Positions 48,401-62,763 are shown, numbered from the stretch's first letter. The stretch is 64,000 nucleotides of DNA from Chrysomallon squamiferum (GCA_012295275.1 CM022677.1:15562001-15626000), one strand, 5' to 3'. Translations and numbers: made by a program. Notes: generated from the letters alone by a model not told the origin.

Positions 48401-50914
48401 ATCCTCCACCACAAAATGAGTCTTACGTACATATTTTGGGGGTTTAAGCTTTTCTAATAATACCTTTTATGCTTTTTTTTGTTGGTGAAAACCATTTCAA
48501 AATTGAACAAATATTTCCTGAAAAAAATGGTGATTAGTTTTTGATAAAATTGCACTCAGTGGTACACAAAGTTCTTTGTAACATTTTCCTTAGCAACCAT
48601 TATTGTATTTTCATGGAATTTGGCCTGCTTATCAAACTTAGTTCACTAAAGAATTCTACTGTTTGAAGGCAACATCTGTTTTACTTTTTGCAGAATATTT
48701 TATTTAAAATAAATAAAAATGCACCTTTTTACTGCATCCACAAACAAAAGGACCAACTAGATCACTGTTACTAATTATATAAATTTTCCTAGCCAGTTAA
48801 AGAATAGTGCCACACCAAGCTTTGAACAGATCATACCATCCTGCACCCACTGATAGCAATTAAACACATTCCTTGCCTTTCAATTTCTTTTTAAAAATTG
48901 TTATAATTAAATTTCTCTGATAAAACCTTGAATAACAAAGATATGCTACTTCCTTTATAATAGAACAAAAAACAAACTATTTTCTTTTAAGGATAACATG
49001 TATATATGTGTGGATCATGACAATATGTGACCAATTTAAGAACAGAATGTTTTCTAATATTTAATATTTTATTTACTGTTCATGCTTTCAAACAATACAC
49101 TGAAATAGACTGACACACTTTGATAGTGTTACATTCTCATAATATTAATTCTCACCCCAAGAAATAATAATAACAATTAAAAAGTAATACCGTTATTTAT
49201 ATGCAGTATATAGAATTGTCACAATTGTGACATGCGAACATCCAACAGTGTAATTTGAAAATAATATTTTTAACAACAGTTTCAAGTTAGTGTTAATGTA
49301 GCTGCATGTCTTGTCTAACAAAAGGTTGAATGCTGAGGTGAAGGTATTCCTGTCAGCCAGCTGGAATCCCAGGAGGGGGTATAGATTCTGGAAGTCCTGT
49401 TAGTGCCTTCACTGTTGCTGCTTTATGTTCAGAAGCACTTGATCCACAGCTAGCAAAATTTAATTCAGAATCAGTGTTATTTGTCACTTTCAATAACAGA
49501 AGAATCAGTAAAATAATCCTGGATAAAAGATTGTACATCTTCTGAATCAGTATTGTCCAAAATATTTGCTCTAATTGCAAAATTTAAATCCTTGGTTAAA
49601 ATTTCAGCATGCATATAGTTAAATGCCATCTTGGAAATTACCTCACTTGACAGAAGTATTACATCATATGATATTCTTGACAAGTGAGTGATGGGGATTT
49701 CCATCCTAGTAATCATTTGTTTACTGTTCAATTCTTATTTTGTTCTTATTCATTGATCTTCTATTTTAAACTCAGCCAATCAAACTCTGCCGTGAAAACA
49801 AGCTTTCCACTGATACCCTGTGATTCCCTGTTACTTAGTCGAGTAAAATAAAAAAAATCAATAAATAAAATACATATGTCATTAGATATATGTATCATTT
49901 AAAGTTTTAAATACCCAAAAAATCAATATTACTAAAAAGTGATATTTTAAATTTTTTTATTATTTTTTTATGAAGATAAAATTTTAGAAATGACTCACCA
50001 ATATCAGTTTCCTGTAAACACTCAAAGTCTTCTCAAACTAACTGAATATCATGATCCACATTCTCCAATGGAACTGGGCATCATAACTGTGATTTCCACT
50101 GAAAATTAATAACAAGAATCAGAAATTAACAGAATTTTTGTTTTAACATAAACAATGATAAACACATTATTCAAATAATAGTAAAAGGTAATACTGTAAT
50201 AATTCAAAATATCTGAGATACATTATTCTATAATATAACAATAAATGTGCATATGTGTATGTTTTGGTGTGTTTTTTTGATTCATTAAGTTATTACCCTT
50301 TAGCACTGCTATGATCCAGAATCCATGTTTTGATGATCTTCTTGTGAAAGTTCTCTTCAACAAAAGGATCAACAGCTTTTGGATCCAGCATGTTCTTCAG
50401 TCTGATGAGATGTTCTTCTGGCTGAAAGTTAAGTAGCAACAAAACAATGTATTAGGAAAGGAAAGATGTGTTTCAAGAATTAAATAAAAATTTTGATAAC
50501 TAGGACAGTATATTTACACTGTAAACAGATACTTTACATCTTAACTAAATATTAACTCAACTGGACTGACAGAGCACAGCATTACATTTGTTGATTTAAT
50601 AAACACTTACTTCAAGCTGATCACTAACTGCACTGCTAAAATACACCAAATCTAAAATAAAGCAGAAATATTTTATTTAAGAACATACACAGCATGTTTT
50701 TTTTACTAGTTTTTAATACCTTAAAAGGTAACTAACTATACAGATAATGAAAAAGAAACCCTGTTTCTGCAATATAACGTGACACCCTTTTAAACAAGAA
50801 ACTAAAAATATTTTTCTAATGTACATCTTTGCACATAACAAAACAAACACATACAATCTTAGATACATCAGGCATGGATCAACAGCTAGACTGTTAAAAA
50901 ACCTTGTTAGTCCT

Positions 50915-50985
50915 CTATGCAGGACTAATCCTTGAACCCAAAAGACGCTGACCATGCACTCTAACCACTGAGCCAGTCTATCCAT
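50915..50985 (-). mobile_element. tRNA-derived SINE head or tRNA-like remnant (truncated paralogue at ~60500-60535)
   Basis: Minus strand GGATAGACTGGCTCAGTGGTTAGAGTGCATGG...GGGTTCAAGGATTAGTCC. Good A box TGGCTCAGTGG (50965-50975), degenerate B box, no complete cloverleaf. Confidence 0.5.
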
Positions 50986-51710
50986 CACTATAAATTTAAA
51001 AAAATGAATTAAGTGAATCCTTACTGAGAAGAGTTTCACTTATTTAGTTCTGGAGTACTGGTGAATCACGACTCAGTTTTGTGAAGTCTATGTTTTGTTG
51101 TGTTGCTAATGGGTATTTTGTATTTTGTGACACTTACCTCCCATTACCATAGTGAGATGCTGAATTAACATTAATAAAAATAATAACCGTGCAATGTAAA
51201 CTGTCTGCTGAAAGTTAACTCAGATGCATTCATTTAAAGATCCTTTATTGGTACATGAAATACTGACCAGTATATAAGAATCTATTAAAGCCTGAAATCC
51301 TCCATTTAAGTAATACAAATACATGTACAAAGGTCTGTACACTAAAACTGAATATTATAAATCCCAATTCTTCCAGTAAAATACATTTCATAAATTTGTA
51401 TAATAAAAGATTTATACAATTTTGGCCTTGCAACATAAATTAAAAACTGTCACAAAACATAATTTCTGCTTCCTAACCATTCAGCAGCTGTCCTGTCTCT
51501 GTCAGTTTTATCATTTCAAACCAGAAGAACAGCTCTGTGAGAAAGTCTAAAAGGTTTTATTGTCTACATCTCGCGTTTACAGGCGATCCTCCTGACTGCT
51601 GGCAGTTCCAGACTAGTAAAAATAATGTTAAACATTTTAAAGTACTCATAAAATATAATGCTTCTTCTTTTAAATTAAAGTACAGAAATTCACACCAAAA
51701 TAATCACATA
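50950..51710 (+). repeat. Direct duplication of ~60500-61695 (with an insertion or replacement in the latter)
   Basis: Shared CATGCACTCTAACCACTGAGCCAGTCTATCCATCACTATAA, GACTCAGTTTTGTGAA, GAGATGCTGAATTAACATTAATAAAAATAATAA, GTCTGTACACTAAAACTGAAT, TACTCATAAAATAT. Confidence 0.85.
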
Positions 51711-53792
51711 TATATGAATGGAAGTGTGTGTGTGTGTATGTGTGTGTGAGACAGAGACAGAGAGAAATGTACATGATATAAAATGTAATGTGTGTTATAA
51801 AATCTTAATGTAATACAAAATGCAATTTTCTACATTAAATTAAATCAAACTTCATTAGGTTTATAATAATAAGAAACACATAAGAAATACACAGAACTGA
51901 CATAATTTAGACCTTGTACATTCATAGGTTTATAATGTATCAATTGAACATTTTATAATACATATTATGAAGCAAATAATGTCAACCATTAGCTATAGAT
52001 ACAGAGGTAAATAGTTTTGGATGTCATATTACTTGCATTTTAAGACTCCTATGGCATATATACACAAACTTAAAAAAATATATATCATTTCAGTAGGTAC
52101 AATAGTGTATTAATATCTCTTGTGATTATGATTACAAATTATTTATGTGCGTGTTAAATATGTTTATAACAAATGATTTTATTAATATTTTACAGTGTCT
52201 ACATATGAAATAACCTGATCATATTTTTCTTAATTTTGTATTCATCATTACTTGTTTTAAACGTTAACATACAGCTATATAGATATTTAAATAATATGAA
52301 AGCAGTTAGGGCCCCACCCATTACAACCTTTAATATGGTTAAAAAATCATTTAAATATGTTTAATAATGTATAGGGCAAGTCAGCAATTTAACATACATC
52401 TTTTAAAAAATAAATCATAAATGAAATTACAAAATCCTGTCAAACAAAATTAGCATATTTTTTTTAACACTTTTATTAGTTTACAGATTTTTTTTAAATT
52501 AATCGAGTGTCTTTTGAAAAAAATATAAATAAATAAATCAATAAATCAATAAATTTATAAATAAATAATTATTGTTCCGAAATAAGATGGCTGCCATCAC
52601 TTGGCTTTGACATGTAAATTATAATTAAATAAAACAAAAAAAATCTAAGTTATAATAAATAATAATACCTGTCTCCTGCACAAAATGAAATGCTTTAAGC
52701 AGCTTTTTGTTGGATCATTATGCGATTACACTAATTCTGTATAAGATTCATCGAACATCAAATAAAACAGTAAATCCGTACAGACCGACAATCATCCCGC
52801 ATTTATCCGCAAATACAACACTAAAAAAATAAATAAATAAAATTCAAAACAAATAAAATAAATAAAGAAACATAACAACCTTATTAAAATATAATTATAA
52901 ATAGATGAGTTTATGTTTTTTGTTTTTGTGTTTTGTTTTGTTTTTAATCATATTATTAGCCAATCACAAAGCTTAGAACTCAATTTACAATAAGTTGCTT
53001 AGTATTGTCCAGGAATTTACCAATGTTTGATATAGGTCTGAAAAAAGATAATAATAATAAAAATAAAACATTTACAGCTATGACAAATACGGAAATCAAT
53101 ACTCTTTTTTTTTGTGTGTGTGTATATCTGCATTGTGTCTGTGTGTGTGTTAATTTTCAAAAGTACCAACTTTATATATATAATATATAGAGACAAAACT
53201 GAAATTCCAAAATGAATTTTCTTCACGTATAGAATCACTATACTATATAATCTTGGAAAAGAAAATTTCTGAAAGTGAGTTGATATATTTACATGTAAGA
53301 AATAATGTTTGTTTCTGATGTATATTTCTGAAGTTATTGTTATTATTATTATTACTACTGTTATTTTTATTATTACTGTTGTTATTATAATATTATTTCT
53401 ATATTTATTATTATTATAGTTATTTATTATTATTATTATTTTATTACTATAGATGTTATTATTGTTATTATCATTATTATTATTATTATTATTACTGTTG
53501 ATATTGGTAATTTTTACACTCTTTTTCTTTATTCTTGACTAATTTGTAATTATTATTATTGTTCCTACAGTTGTAGCAGTAGTAGTGCTAGTAGTAGTAT
53601 TAGTGTGGTTGCTATTACCCATAATAGTGGTCTTAGTAGTAAATAAATAGTATTTAGTAACAGTTTATACAATAACATTTATGGTTAGATGTATTTATTA
53701 CAATAGCAGCTGCTATTATTTTTATTTTTGTTCTAGATGTTGTACTATGTTGTTGTTGTTATAATTTCAGAACTGTGTAACTCCAGCAAAGT

Positions 53793-53890
53793 GCAAGAAA
53801 ACTACAGACAAGATGAGACGAGCAAGAAAACTACAGACAAGAGGAGACAAGAGCAAGAAAACTTCAGACAAGATGAGACAAGGTGAGACA
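53793..53890. repeat. ~29-30-bp tandem repeat GCAAGAAAACTACAGACAAGATGAGAC.. x3
   Basis: Direct inspection. Confidence 0.8.
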
Positions 53891-54584
53891 AACTGTGATT
53901 ATTACATTTCCCATCTTATTAAACATTATAATAAATATTTTTACTGTTGTGTTCAGAGTTGTGACAGTAAATTTCTAAAAAAATTTTAGATTTTTCATGG
54001 AATATAAATTTGGCAGACTAAAAGTATATAAAACTGACAGAAGGAACATCACTGGTGTCAAAAGAAAATTCAACATTTCAGATGATGACAACAGTTCTAC
54101 ATCAGCAGAGATTGTTACTGATGATGTTATTATTATTATTATTTTATTATTTATTACTGTTATTGTTATTATCATTATTATTATTATTTTATTATTTATT
54201 ATTGTTATTATTATTATTTAAAATTATTATTATTACTATTATTATTAGTAGTAGTAGTAGTAGTAGAATCATTATTAATGCTTTTCTCATTATTCTTTTT
54301 TTCTTTTTTCTTTAAATTGTTTTTTTGTCATTATTATTATTCTTGCAGTATCTGTAAAATTAATAAATTCAGTACTAGCATAATGATAGTTGACAGCAGT
54401 TATAATATATTATTATTATTAATACTTTTCTCATTACTGCTTTTCTTTTGGGGTAAATTGTTATTATTAGTGTTTTAGCAATAGTAGCATTAATCATTAA
54501 AATGATTTCTGAAGTAGTAATAGACTTATAATACAAGGTATTATCAAATATTGGACATAATCTGATTACTATTATTATTATTTA

Positions 54585-56001
54585 TACTCTCCCCAAAAAG
54601 AAACGCAAAAGTAGATTTTATTGACACTGGAAATATCTATCTAATGGAACAACAGAAAGCAGCAGAATGTTCACATTTTACACACACTTTCGCAATTCAT
54701 TAATATTGATGGTATTACCTTGAAAAGGTTAACGTTCAAGGTTATAACAGTATAATATCAATATCTTGTGTGCTAACCATGGGAGTCCAGAACTGCCTGA
54801 CATCTCCTTCCCATGGCAGTAATGACATTACCAATTACACCTTGTGGAATGGTGGCCCACTCTGTCTGTAGTAATAATGCCAACTGAGCACAATTCTGTG
54901 GCTGTGGTTGATGCTGTCTCAGTCATCTATCCAACTCTTCCCATAAATGCTCTATAGGGGTCAGATCTGCAGATTTAGAGGGCCAGGGCAGGACCTGAAT
55001 GTTATTGTGTAGGTACGCTGTTGTGAGTCTGGCTGTGTGTGGTCTCGCATTGTCGTGCTGGAATATAGTGTTACCATTATTCATGTAGCTGCAGAATTTC
55101 ATCTCAGTATCTCTGTGCTGTTCAGTTGCTTTGGATGTGAACCAGGTTGTATGAGATTGCCACCCACACCATCACACTACATCTGCCAAATCTGTCCGCT
55201 TCCTGATTGCAGTTTGCAGCAAAACGTTCACCAGGACGTCTGTAAACTCGACATCTTCCATCAGCTCGACAAAGCAGAAATCGAGCCTTGTCAGTACACA
55301 GGCAGTTCTCCATCGTAATTGAGGCCAGACTCTGTGCACTTGACACCACTGACACTGTCGACGATGTTGTTGAGTCAAAACCATTCTTCTTACAGGCTGT
55401 CTAGCTCGAATACCTGCCTTGTGTAAACAATTGTGCACTGTCTGAGCTGATATTCTAAGCAGACTGGTATTGCTGAAGCAGTAGAGGTTGCTGTGGTGGT
55501 TCTTTCCTGTAGATGAAGTACCCGTATGTAGCTGTCCTGGTCCCTGTGGTTACATGTGGTCTACCTGATCTGGGATGGTCACGTGTTGTTTGCTGTATCT
55601 GGAACTGATACCACTATCTCAAGATGGTTCTTGGGGATACATGGAACACCCGGGCTACGACTGAGAAGGATTACTCCAGCTTGTAAACAGCCGATGGCAT
55701 TGTTTCGTTGCGGTTCACTCACTCGTGTCATTTGTTTGATGTTGGGTTAGAACAAAAATAACGAACAGATGTATTCGAAAACCTTGCATTTTTATAACCC
55801 TTGTATTCAAGTTTCACGTGGTTTGCATGCGGGGACGTTCTGGCTAATAAACATGATCATAGCCTTTATTTTGTGTTACCTGCTTTTTTGCAACTGTAAC
55901 AAAAGCTATACATTTGAATCACCAAATGTCATTATATTCATAGTTTGTATGTGTCAGTTTACAATAGTTATCTAAGAAATCAACCATTTTTGGGGAGAGT
56001 A
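54585..56001 (-). mobile_element. Tc1-family (Tc1/mariner) DNA transposon
   Basis: Inverted ends TACTCTCCCCAAAAA / TTTTTGGGGAGAGTA, each flanked by TA; ~1.4 kb. Confidence 0.92.
54758..55731 (-). pseudogene. Tc1 transposase, disrupted
   Basis: MTRVSEPQRNNAIGCLQAG start; TDKARF (first D), GRCRVYRRPGERF, SVMVW, FQHDNARPH, WPSKSADLTPIEHLWEE; G*HTRY* end. Frameshifts and stops present. Confidence 0.92.
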
Positions 56002-56339
56002 TACAATCAGTTGTTAATCATTCTGCAATGTTAACAGTGAGTGCTATCATCCAAATATTGAACTAACAGGCTTATTGATGAAATCCCAGCCTCACCTTCT
56101 GTTCAGAATTAATTACAGAGATATAAAATTACTACTCTGTCTATTTAACTTATCATCTAATATTCTAAGACTATTTTGAGAAAATCGCAAAATTGTGCTT
56201 AACTATATTTTTACAATAGAATAATATCAGCTCAAAATATTTGTTATTTCCAAAGATAATAACATAAAAAAATAATACTGTATCTCTTTAGGAAATAAAA
56301 TTTCATTTATACAGTTTTTAAATTAATAATTCAGTAAAT

Positions 56340-57315
56340 AAATAAATAATTCAATAAATAAATAAAAACATCTGCATTGTTTATGTAAACATTAGTTTAA
56401 CCAATCAAATGCTGAGGTTCCGGGCACCTGCCATTGTATTCAAATGTTTTAAATCTTTGAATTAGATCCATAAATTTGATTCTTTCCAATAAAAAAAAAA
56501 GAAATAATAATAAAATAATAATAATAATAATAATAATTTAAAAACTCGCTCATTACTGGTCCTGTTATTCAGAAAGAATATTTTGTGGAACAATATTTGA
56601 ATTGGGCCTGACGACTCATTTTTAAATTTTATTTAATTTTATTTAAATTTATTTACTTATTTTTAATTTTAATTTTTTATTTGTTTTATTTCTTTATATA
56701 TTTATTTGTTTTTATTATTTATTATTATATATTTATTTTATTTTATTTATTTTTTCAGTTTGTAGCTCGGGAATTTTTTGACGTCAGTTATGCGCTGTGA
56801 CAACAGTTTTATTGGTGCTCCTACGCAAAGTAGCTGAATGTTTCGTAAACAAACTTTCGTAAAGAGAGCTCACATTCTTAAAATCTTTTAAAACTGTGAC
56901 ATACGTTTGTTGCACAAGAATTGAATTGTCAGGGTGTGTTCAGGGTGGTGCTCGCACAACCACAGAAGCCTGTACTGGAGGTTCATGTAACAGAGGTGAT
57001 TATTTTAATTTATATAGCAGGAAGACATTTAGAATGATCAAGAATTACTTTCTGTGTCTGCTTTCACCAAAATTATAAATCTAGTCATATCAATAAAGTG
57101 CTTCTTAAATAGAAAAGCTTATTTTTTATAATTAGGTGAATTGAATATGTATTAAATTTGGTGAAACTGTTTGCATTTTCTGTTTAAAGTCTGAAATAAA
57201 AAGTTATGTTTTTAGCATTGATCTATGACATTGTTACTTTTACTAATAAATAAAAAAAACAAAAAAACAAACAAAAACAACAACACATTTTTATTATTGT
57301 GATTATTACAATTAT
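56340..57315 (+). repeat. Direct paralogue of ~21995-22111 + 24791-25645, lacking the hAT insertion
   Basis: CATTGTTTATGTAAACATTAGTTTAACCAATC..CCGGGCACCTGCCAT..AAATCTTTGAATTAGATC carries a single AATTAGAT (56460-56467) and continues into the TSP1-like half exon. Confidence 0.93.
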
Positions 57316-58663
57316 TTTAATAATAATAATCTTGATAACAGTAGTAATAGTAGTGGTAATAATAATAATAAATTTTTTACATTTACCATTTCATATGAGA
57401 CATTAACTTGAAAGACTCTATCATTATCCATACAGAAATGACTGAAATAATGTTCTTAAACACTTAATTAAAATATTCATACTGTATAATTAACCAATCC
57501 ATTGAAAATATTATAATATACGATGGTATAAATATAAAATTACAGTACGATTTATTTTTCATGGTCACTATGAGCGAATTACAAAGTCAATAGTTTAAAA
57601 AAGCTAAAATAGATACATCTGTTATAAATGATCAATACAGATAGTAAACTACTTTTGATTGGCTAATATGTCTGAGAAAATCATTTTGATTGGTTTAAAA
57701 AACAGTTGGTCACATAATTTTTGGAAATAATATCTAAATATCAAATGTGATATAAAACTGTTTTATTTTTATGTGAATATTTTTCTTTGGCTGATGTGTA
57801 GCTGGTAATTGATTAGGAACTAGATTTAAAGTCAGACTGGAAAATAAACAAAAATATCATAAAATGAAACATCTCTTGATTTATTTACCAATTTTATTTT
57901 TGAAAACAAATGGTAAATACTGTGTTGTATTCAAATTCAGCTATAAGTTTCGGGAAAAGAAAACAGAATCATGTGGGTTGTTGTTAACAGGTTTTTAGTA
58001 ATATTTATATTATGTGTATAATCAACATACTTTTGCTGTTTTTAACCTGTCAGGCCATCTGACCTTTGACCATGGACAGTGACTGGCCGATGCAATGTTT
58101 TAACGCAATAAGTGAACTGGAATATGGTCACATTGCATGCTTTATCTTCTCTGTGACTTCTGATGTTCCATGCAAGGTGTGTCAGCCAAAGGGATGCAAC
58201 TTGAGGTTTGTCTGCTTCAGCTTTTGGTTTCAGTTTTGGTTCACTGTTATTTGAGTTTTGGCTGTAGCTTGTAATAAACAACTTGTTCAGTCTTCACAGT
58301 TTATGTTAAAAGTGTTTATGTTAAAAACAATAATAAAGAACACAACAAATTCAAAACACACTTTTGATATTTTTGTTTACAAATAACTGCCAGTTCACAA
58401 CAACAAGGTAAGGCTATGAGTATCACAGCCAATATTCAAGTGTAAAAAGCAAATACAAGAAATCGTGAAACAAAAAATTGCAAAAAGAAAAGAAAAAAAT
58501 TATGGCTAGTGTTAATGGCTTATAGATAACACCCTATGAATTATATTTGACAAAAACTAAAAAAAAAAATAAAAAAATATGGTTTGTTAAATGATTATAA
58601 AAATATGTAACACACATTTCAAAATCATTGGTGATAAATAATAATGAAATAGTGAAACATATG

Positions 58664-58735
58664 TACAATCTGTGTCATGTGACAGCATCACCAGGCAGAT
58701 TAATACTGTGACACTGTCACATGACACAGATTGTA
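58664..58735. repeat. Hairpin with a 22-bp perfect stem
   Basis: TACAATCTGTGTCATGTGACAG ... CTGTCACATGACACAGATTGTA. Confidence 0.85.
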
Positions 58736-61242
58736 TAAGTTGTATTGTTTATTATTACTTTACCTGGAGATGGTGGCTCCCCCTGTCTGCCTATTTTTTG
58801 TAAGTATTTGGATTTACAAAAATTATTTTAAATAAATAAATAAATTATAATAAATAAATAAATAAATTTATATTAAAAAATAATTTTAAAAAAAGAAGAA
58901 AACAGAACAATCTAAATATGAATTATAGAACAATGAGACCAAAATATGTTGATGAAAACTGATACGTTTCAAATTTAATTACTACTAATAATAATAATAA
59001 TAATTCAAGAAAGAAAATCAAAATCAAAATAGAATATTACATGTATACAAAAAAATTAGATATTGACCAGTTTTTACATTATAAATTACTATTCTCCATG
59101 CCTCCAGCTTAGTTCTCCCAGGTTTATATGCTTACAGTATTGGTGTAATCCTAATTCTAATCCTAACCCTAATCCTAATAATGCTTTATAGCATCTTTAA
59201 TTTATTGTAACACTTAACCGCTTATTAAGTTTAGCAACAAATTTTCCATGAAAATTAATTAAATGCTCTAGATAGTGTTTTGACTGTACATGTATGTAAT
59301 AATACATAAAGCTTAAACACTTAAATCTGAGAATAACAGATTTCAATATTTCTGGTCCATTAAATTTAGCAATGGCTTAATTTAGATTAATAATAATAAT
59401 TAGCAGGGCTTTAAAAATAAGAAAATTAATAAACAAGTAGCAAGCTAAATTAACCTGCAAATAAAGATTTAAAATAAAATTTACCAGAAAAGATAATAAC
59501 AAAATGGTGATTTCTAACTACCTTATTAATATCATTATTTTGATGCATGTTTCAATATGGTATACATTCTGAAAATTCTGCTTACATTCATGTGTGCACT
59601 TTGTTAAAAAATTCAAAAACTGAAATATTTTAGAATTATATTTTATATTATAATTATTAAAAACAATAAATTACTAATCTGACATATTAAAAGAATAACT
59701 TTAATTCATGGATTTCAAAAAAGGTTTATTTTTATTTTTATTTTATTATTATTATTTGTTTTGTTTTTTAAAGTTCTACAGTCACTATTTTTTATAAGTG
59801 ATGAAAATTCTATAAATAAGCAAAGTGAGAATTAATTGAAAAGCAAAAAGGTTTTTAGATAATAATAATAATAAAGATAATAATGCTACACATTTTTTTT
59901 AAAAACCTCCAAGAACTGATTAAATTTAAAAAAGTAAAGTTAGTACAGATGACAGAATGATGAAAACAAGTGTGGTTGACTAAATGAAGAAATGATAAAT
60001 ATGTTTTAAACTAATGGATGATAAAATTAGTTAATTTTACTTATAAAAATTGAACTTAATGAATATGTGTGATGCTGTAATTTATATATTCCATGTTGAC
60101 TGGTACCAGCATTTCCTAATAATAAAGAATAACAATATTTTAACAGGCTTGTATATAAAGGATGACTTACCTAATATTTTATTTTATTTTTTATTTTAAT
60201 TTATCTATATATCACAAAATATCAGAAATGTAAACCAAAACCTCACAGACTGAGTAAATTAGTGTATAATGCTGGCATACTCAGTCTGTTAAAGCCATTT
60301 GTATGGAGGAATGATGTTAATGATGGAAAAATAAATATAGAGATGAAAGAATAACAAATAAATAAATAAAATAATAATAAAAATATAAGAAGAATTAAAA
60401 AAATCATAAGATAAAGAAAATATAATGATTGTGGACACCAGAAACAAGAATAAAACAATGCTAATGGAAATATGGAAATAATGAAGTATTCTAAGTTATC
60501 ATGCACTCTAACCACTGAGCCAGTCTATCCATCACTATAAGATTAACACAGTTGATTAAGTGAATACTCTCGGAGTAGAGTTTGATTTGTTTAGTTCTGA
60601 ATCTCGACTCAGTTTTGTGAAAGCTAATGAGTACTTGGTTTTCGTGACATTTGACTTCCATTACCATAGCGAGATGCTGAATTAACATTAATAAAAATAA
60701 TAATAAACCCTGCAATGTAAGCTATCTGATGAAATAAATCTTCATAAGATTTAACTGAGGAGCACTCATTTAAAATTAACTTTCTTTATTGACAGCTTCT
60801 GAAATACTGACATTATATAAGGATCTTCAAAAAACTCTGAAAGCATCCATTTTAAATAATAAAAATATATTTACATAGGTAAAAGCATTCATCAGTCTGT
60901 ACACTAAAACTGAATATTACAAATATAAATTTTTCCAGTACAATAACAAATTTCATAAATTCATATAATAAAAGATATAATACAATTTTTTGCTTGCAAT
61001 GTACATTTTTTTAACATAAAATCCTGAACCATAACTAAAAACTCTCACAAAACTTACTTTCTGTTTCCTGACCATTCAGAAGATGTCAGTTTTATCAAGT
61101 GGAAATAGTTGATGGTAAGATACTGTTCACAGAATGTTTTGATGAGGTGTAGATTACATAAAGAATTAGCTATTCCTAACCCATCTTTCAAACATATCTG
61201 AAAAATAAATAAATAACAACGAGGCAATACATATTTAATAAC

Positions 61243-61291
<49 letters not shown>

Positions 61292-62708
61292 CTAACAAAA
61301 AGCCTGACCTAATAATAATAAAATACGAATTTGTCCATTATGAAACATAAAATTTAAAAACAACAAATCTGTCACTATTAACATTCATAAATTTAATGCT
61401 AAATTTTAAAGTTACCATCTGATATATTATTTTATTTACAAAAATTGTGCTACTAAACAAACCCATGAAATTTGAGAGATTGCCGACAATTGAAACCATA
61501 GACAACAGCTACAGTACATCCATCTCCAGTGTATTTTAGTGTGTCTGTCATCACAGGAACAGTGACACTGTGTGAAAGCTGACAGTTCCATCTGGTAACA
61601 GGAAAGTTAAACATTTTAAAATACTCATAAAATATGATGCTTTTTCTTCTTTTGTTTTAACATATAGAAATTTACCACAAAATAATCACATTTTTCAATT
61701 CTTTAACCTAAAAGATAACGGATTTGGTTTTTCGCCTAGCTTGTCCCTTTAATAAATAATGTTACCAAGTGTGAGAGAAGAATTTTCCACCTGTAAAATG
61801 TATCCAGACTGTTGATTCTGTCTGCCAAATAAACAAAATGCCTCAGTGTTACAGGTTCTTGTTTTACAGAATGATCTGGCAACACACGTCTAGTGGCAAA
61901 GTTCAAAGTTGCCAAAGTAAACAAGTCCCTTTTTTTCTTATAAAAGCCTGGAGATTCTTTTGTTAGGAGAGAATTGTGGAACCATCACTGTCCCCTAAAC
62001 ACACCTGGTAACTAGTTATTTATATATTTGCTGGTTTCATTGTATTAACCCATATGTGATTGATGTGACAGATGACAATATTTCTATTTGATCTATCTTA
62101 GTCTTTACTACTGAATGTTCAACGTTAGTGCGAATACAGTTTTTAAAAGTGCTTGTGTTTGTTCTGTTCTAGTGTTATAATATATAGCATACTGATACTG
62201 ACCACTAGAGCAAACCAACTCAGGTAGCACCTCCCTGAGACAGATACACATTTACAACTTAGGGGAATTCCCATGGCACCATGTAAAGCATTATAATGAT
62301 AATGTTAATACTAATAATAACAATCATAATTAACAAAACAGCAAATAACTGATTATTATTACACTGTTTTATTGTTAATTAGAATTTTTCTCTAAGACAT
62401 AAAATAAAATAAACTCACAATTCAGAATGTATGAGAATGGTTTCTGTAACAGCTGATTCATCCTTTTCCATGATGTAAGTTACCTTTCTAGACAGCACCT
62501 CAGTAAAACTGAATTGACCTACAGAAAATATTTAATATCAGTAGTAAGTATAAAGTTTATTAATTTTAATAAAAACATGATATATTTTTATCAATCTACA
62601 TTTGTTCGACAAACACATTTTTCTGCTTATTATCATTTGTTCATATTTCAGTTATTTTTATTTATGGATTAAATTAGCCAAGACACAGGTACACACACAT
62701 ACAGCCAA

Positions 62709-62763
<55 letters not shown>

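Noticed and set aside
50915-50985. Functional tRNA gene
   Set aside because: A box only; the acceptor and T stems cannot be formed, so it is kept as a SINE/tRNA-like remnant.
58042-58300. Higher-GC block with ORFs on both strands, considered as a Crypton recombinase remnant
   Set aside because: No recognisable tyrosine-recombinase (R-H-R-H-Y) or other motif.
59145-59180. TAATCC/TAACCC-like repeats suggesting telomeric sequence
   Set aside because: Only ~5 degenerate units; not an interstitial telomere array.
61480-62010. Two minus-strand exon-like blocks after TTACCAG acceptors
   Set aside because: Contain stops and no recognisable domain; product cannot be supported.
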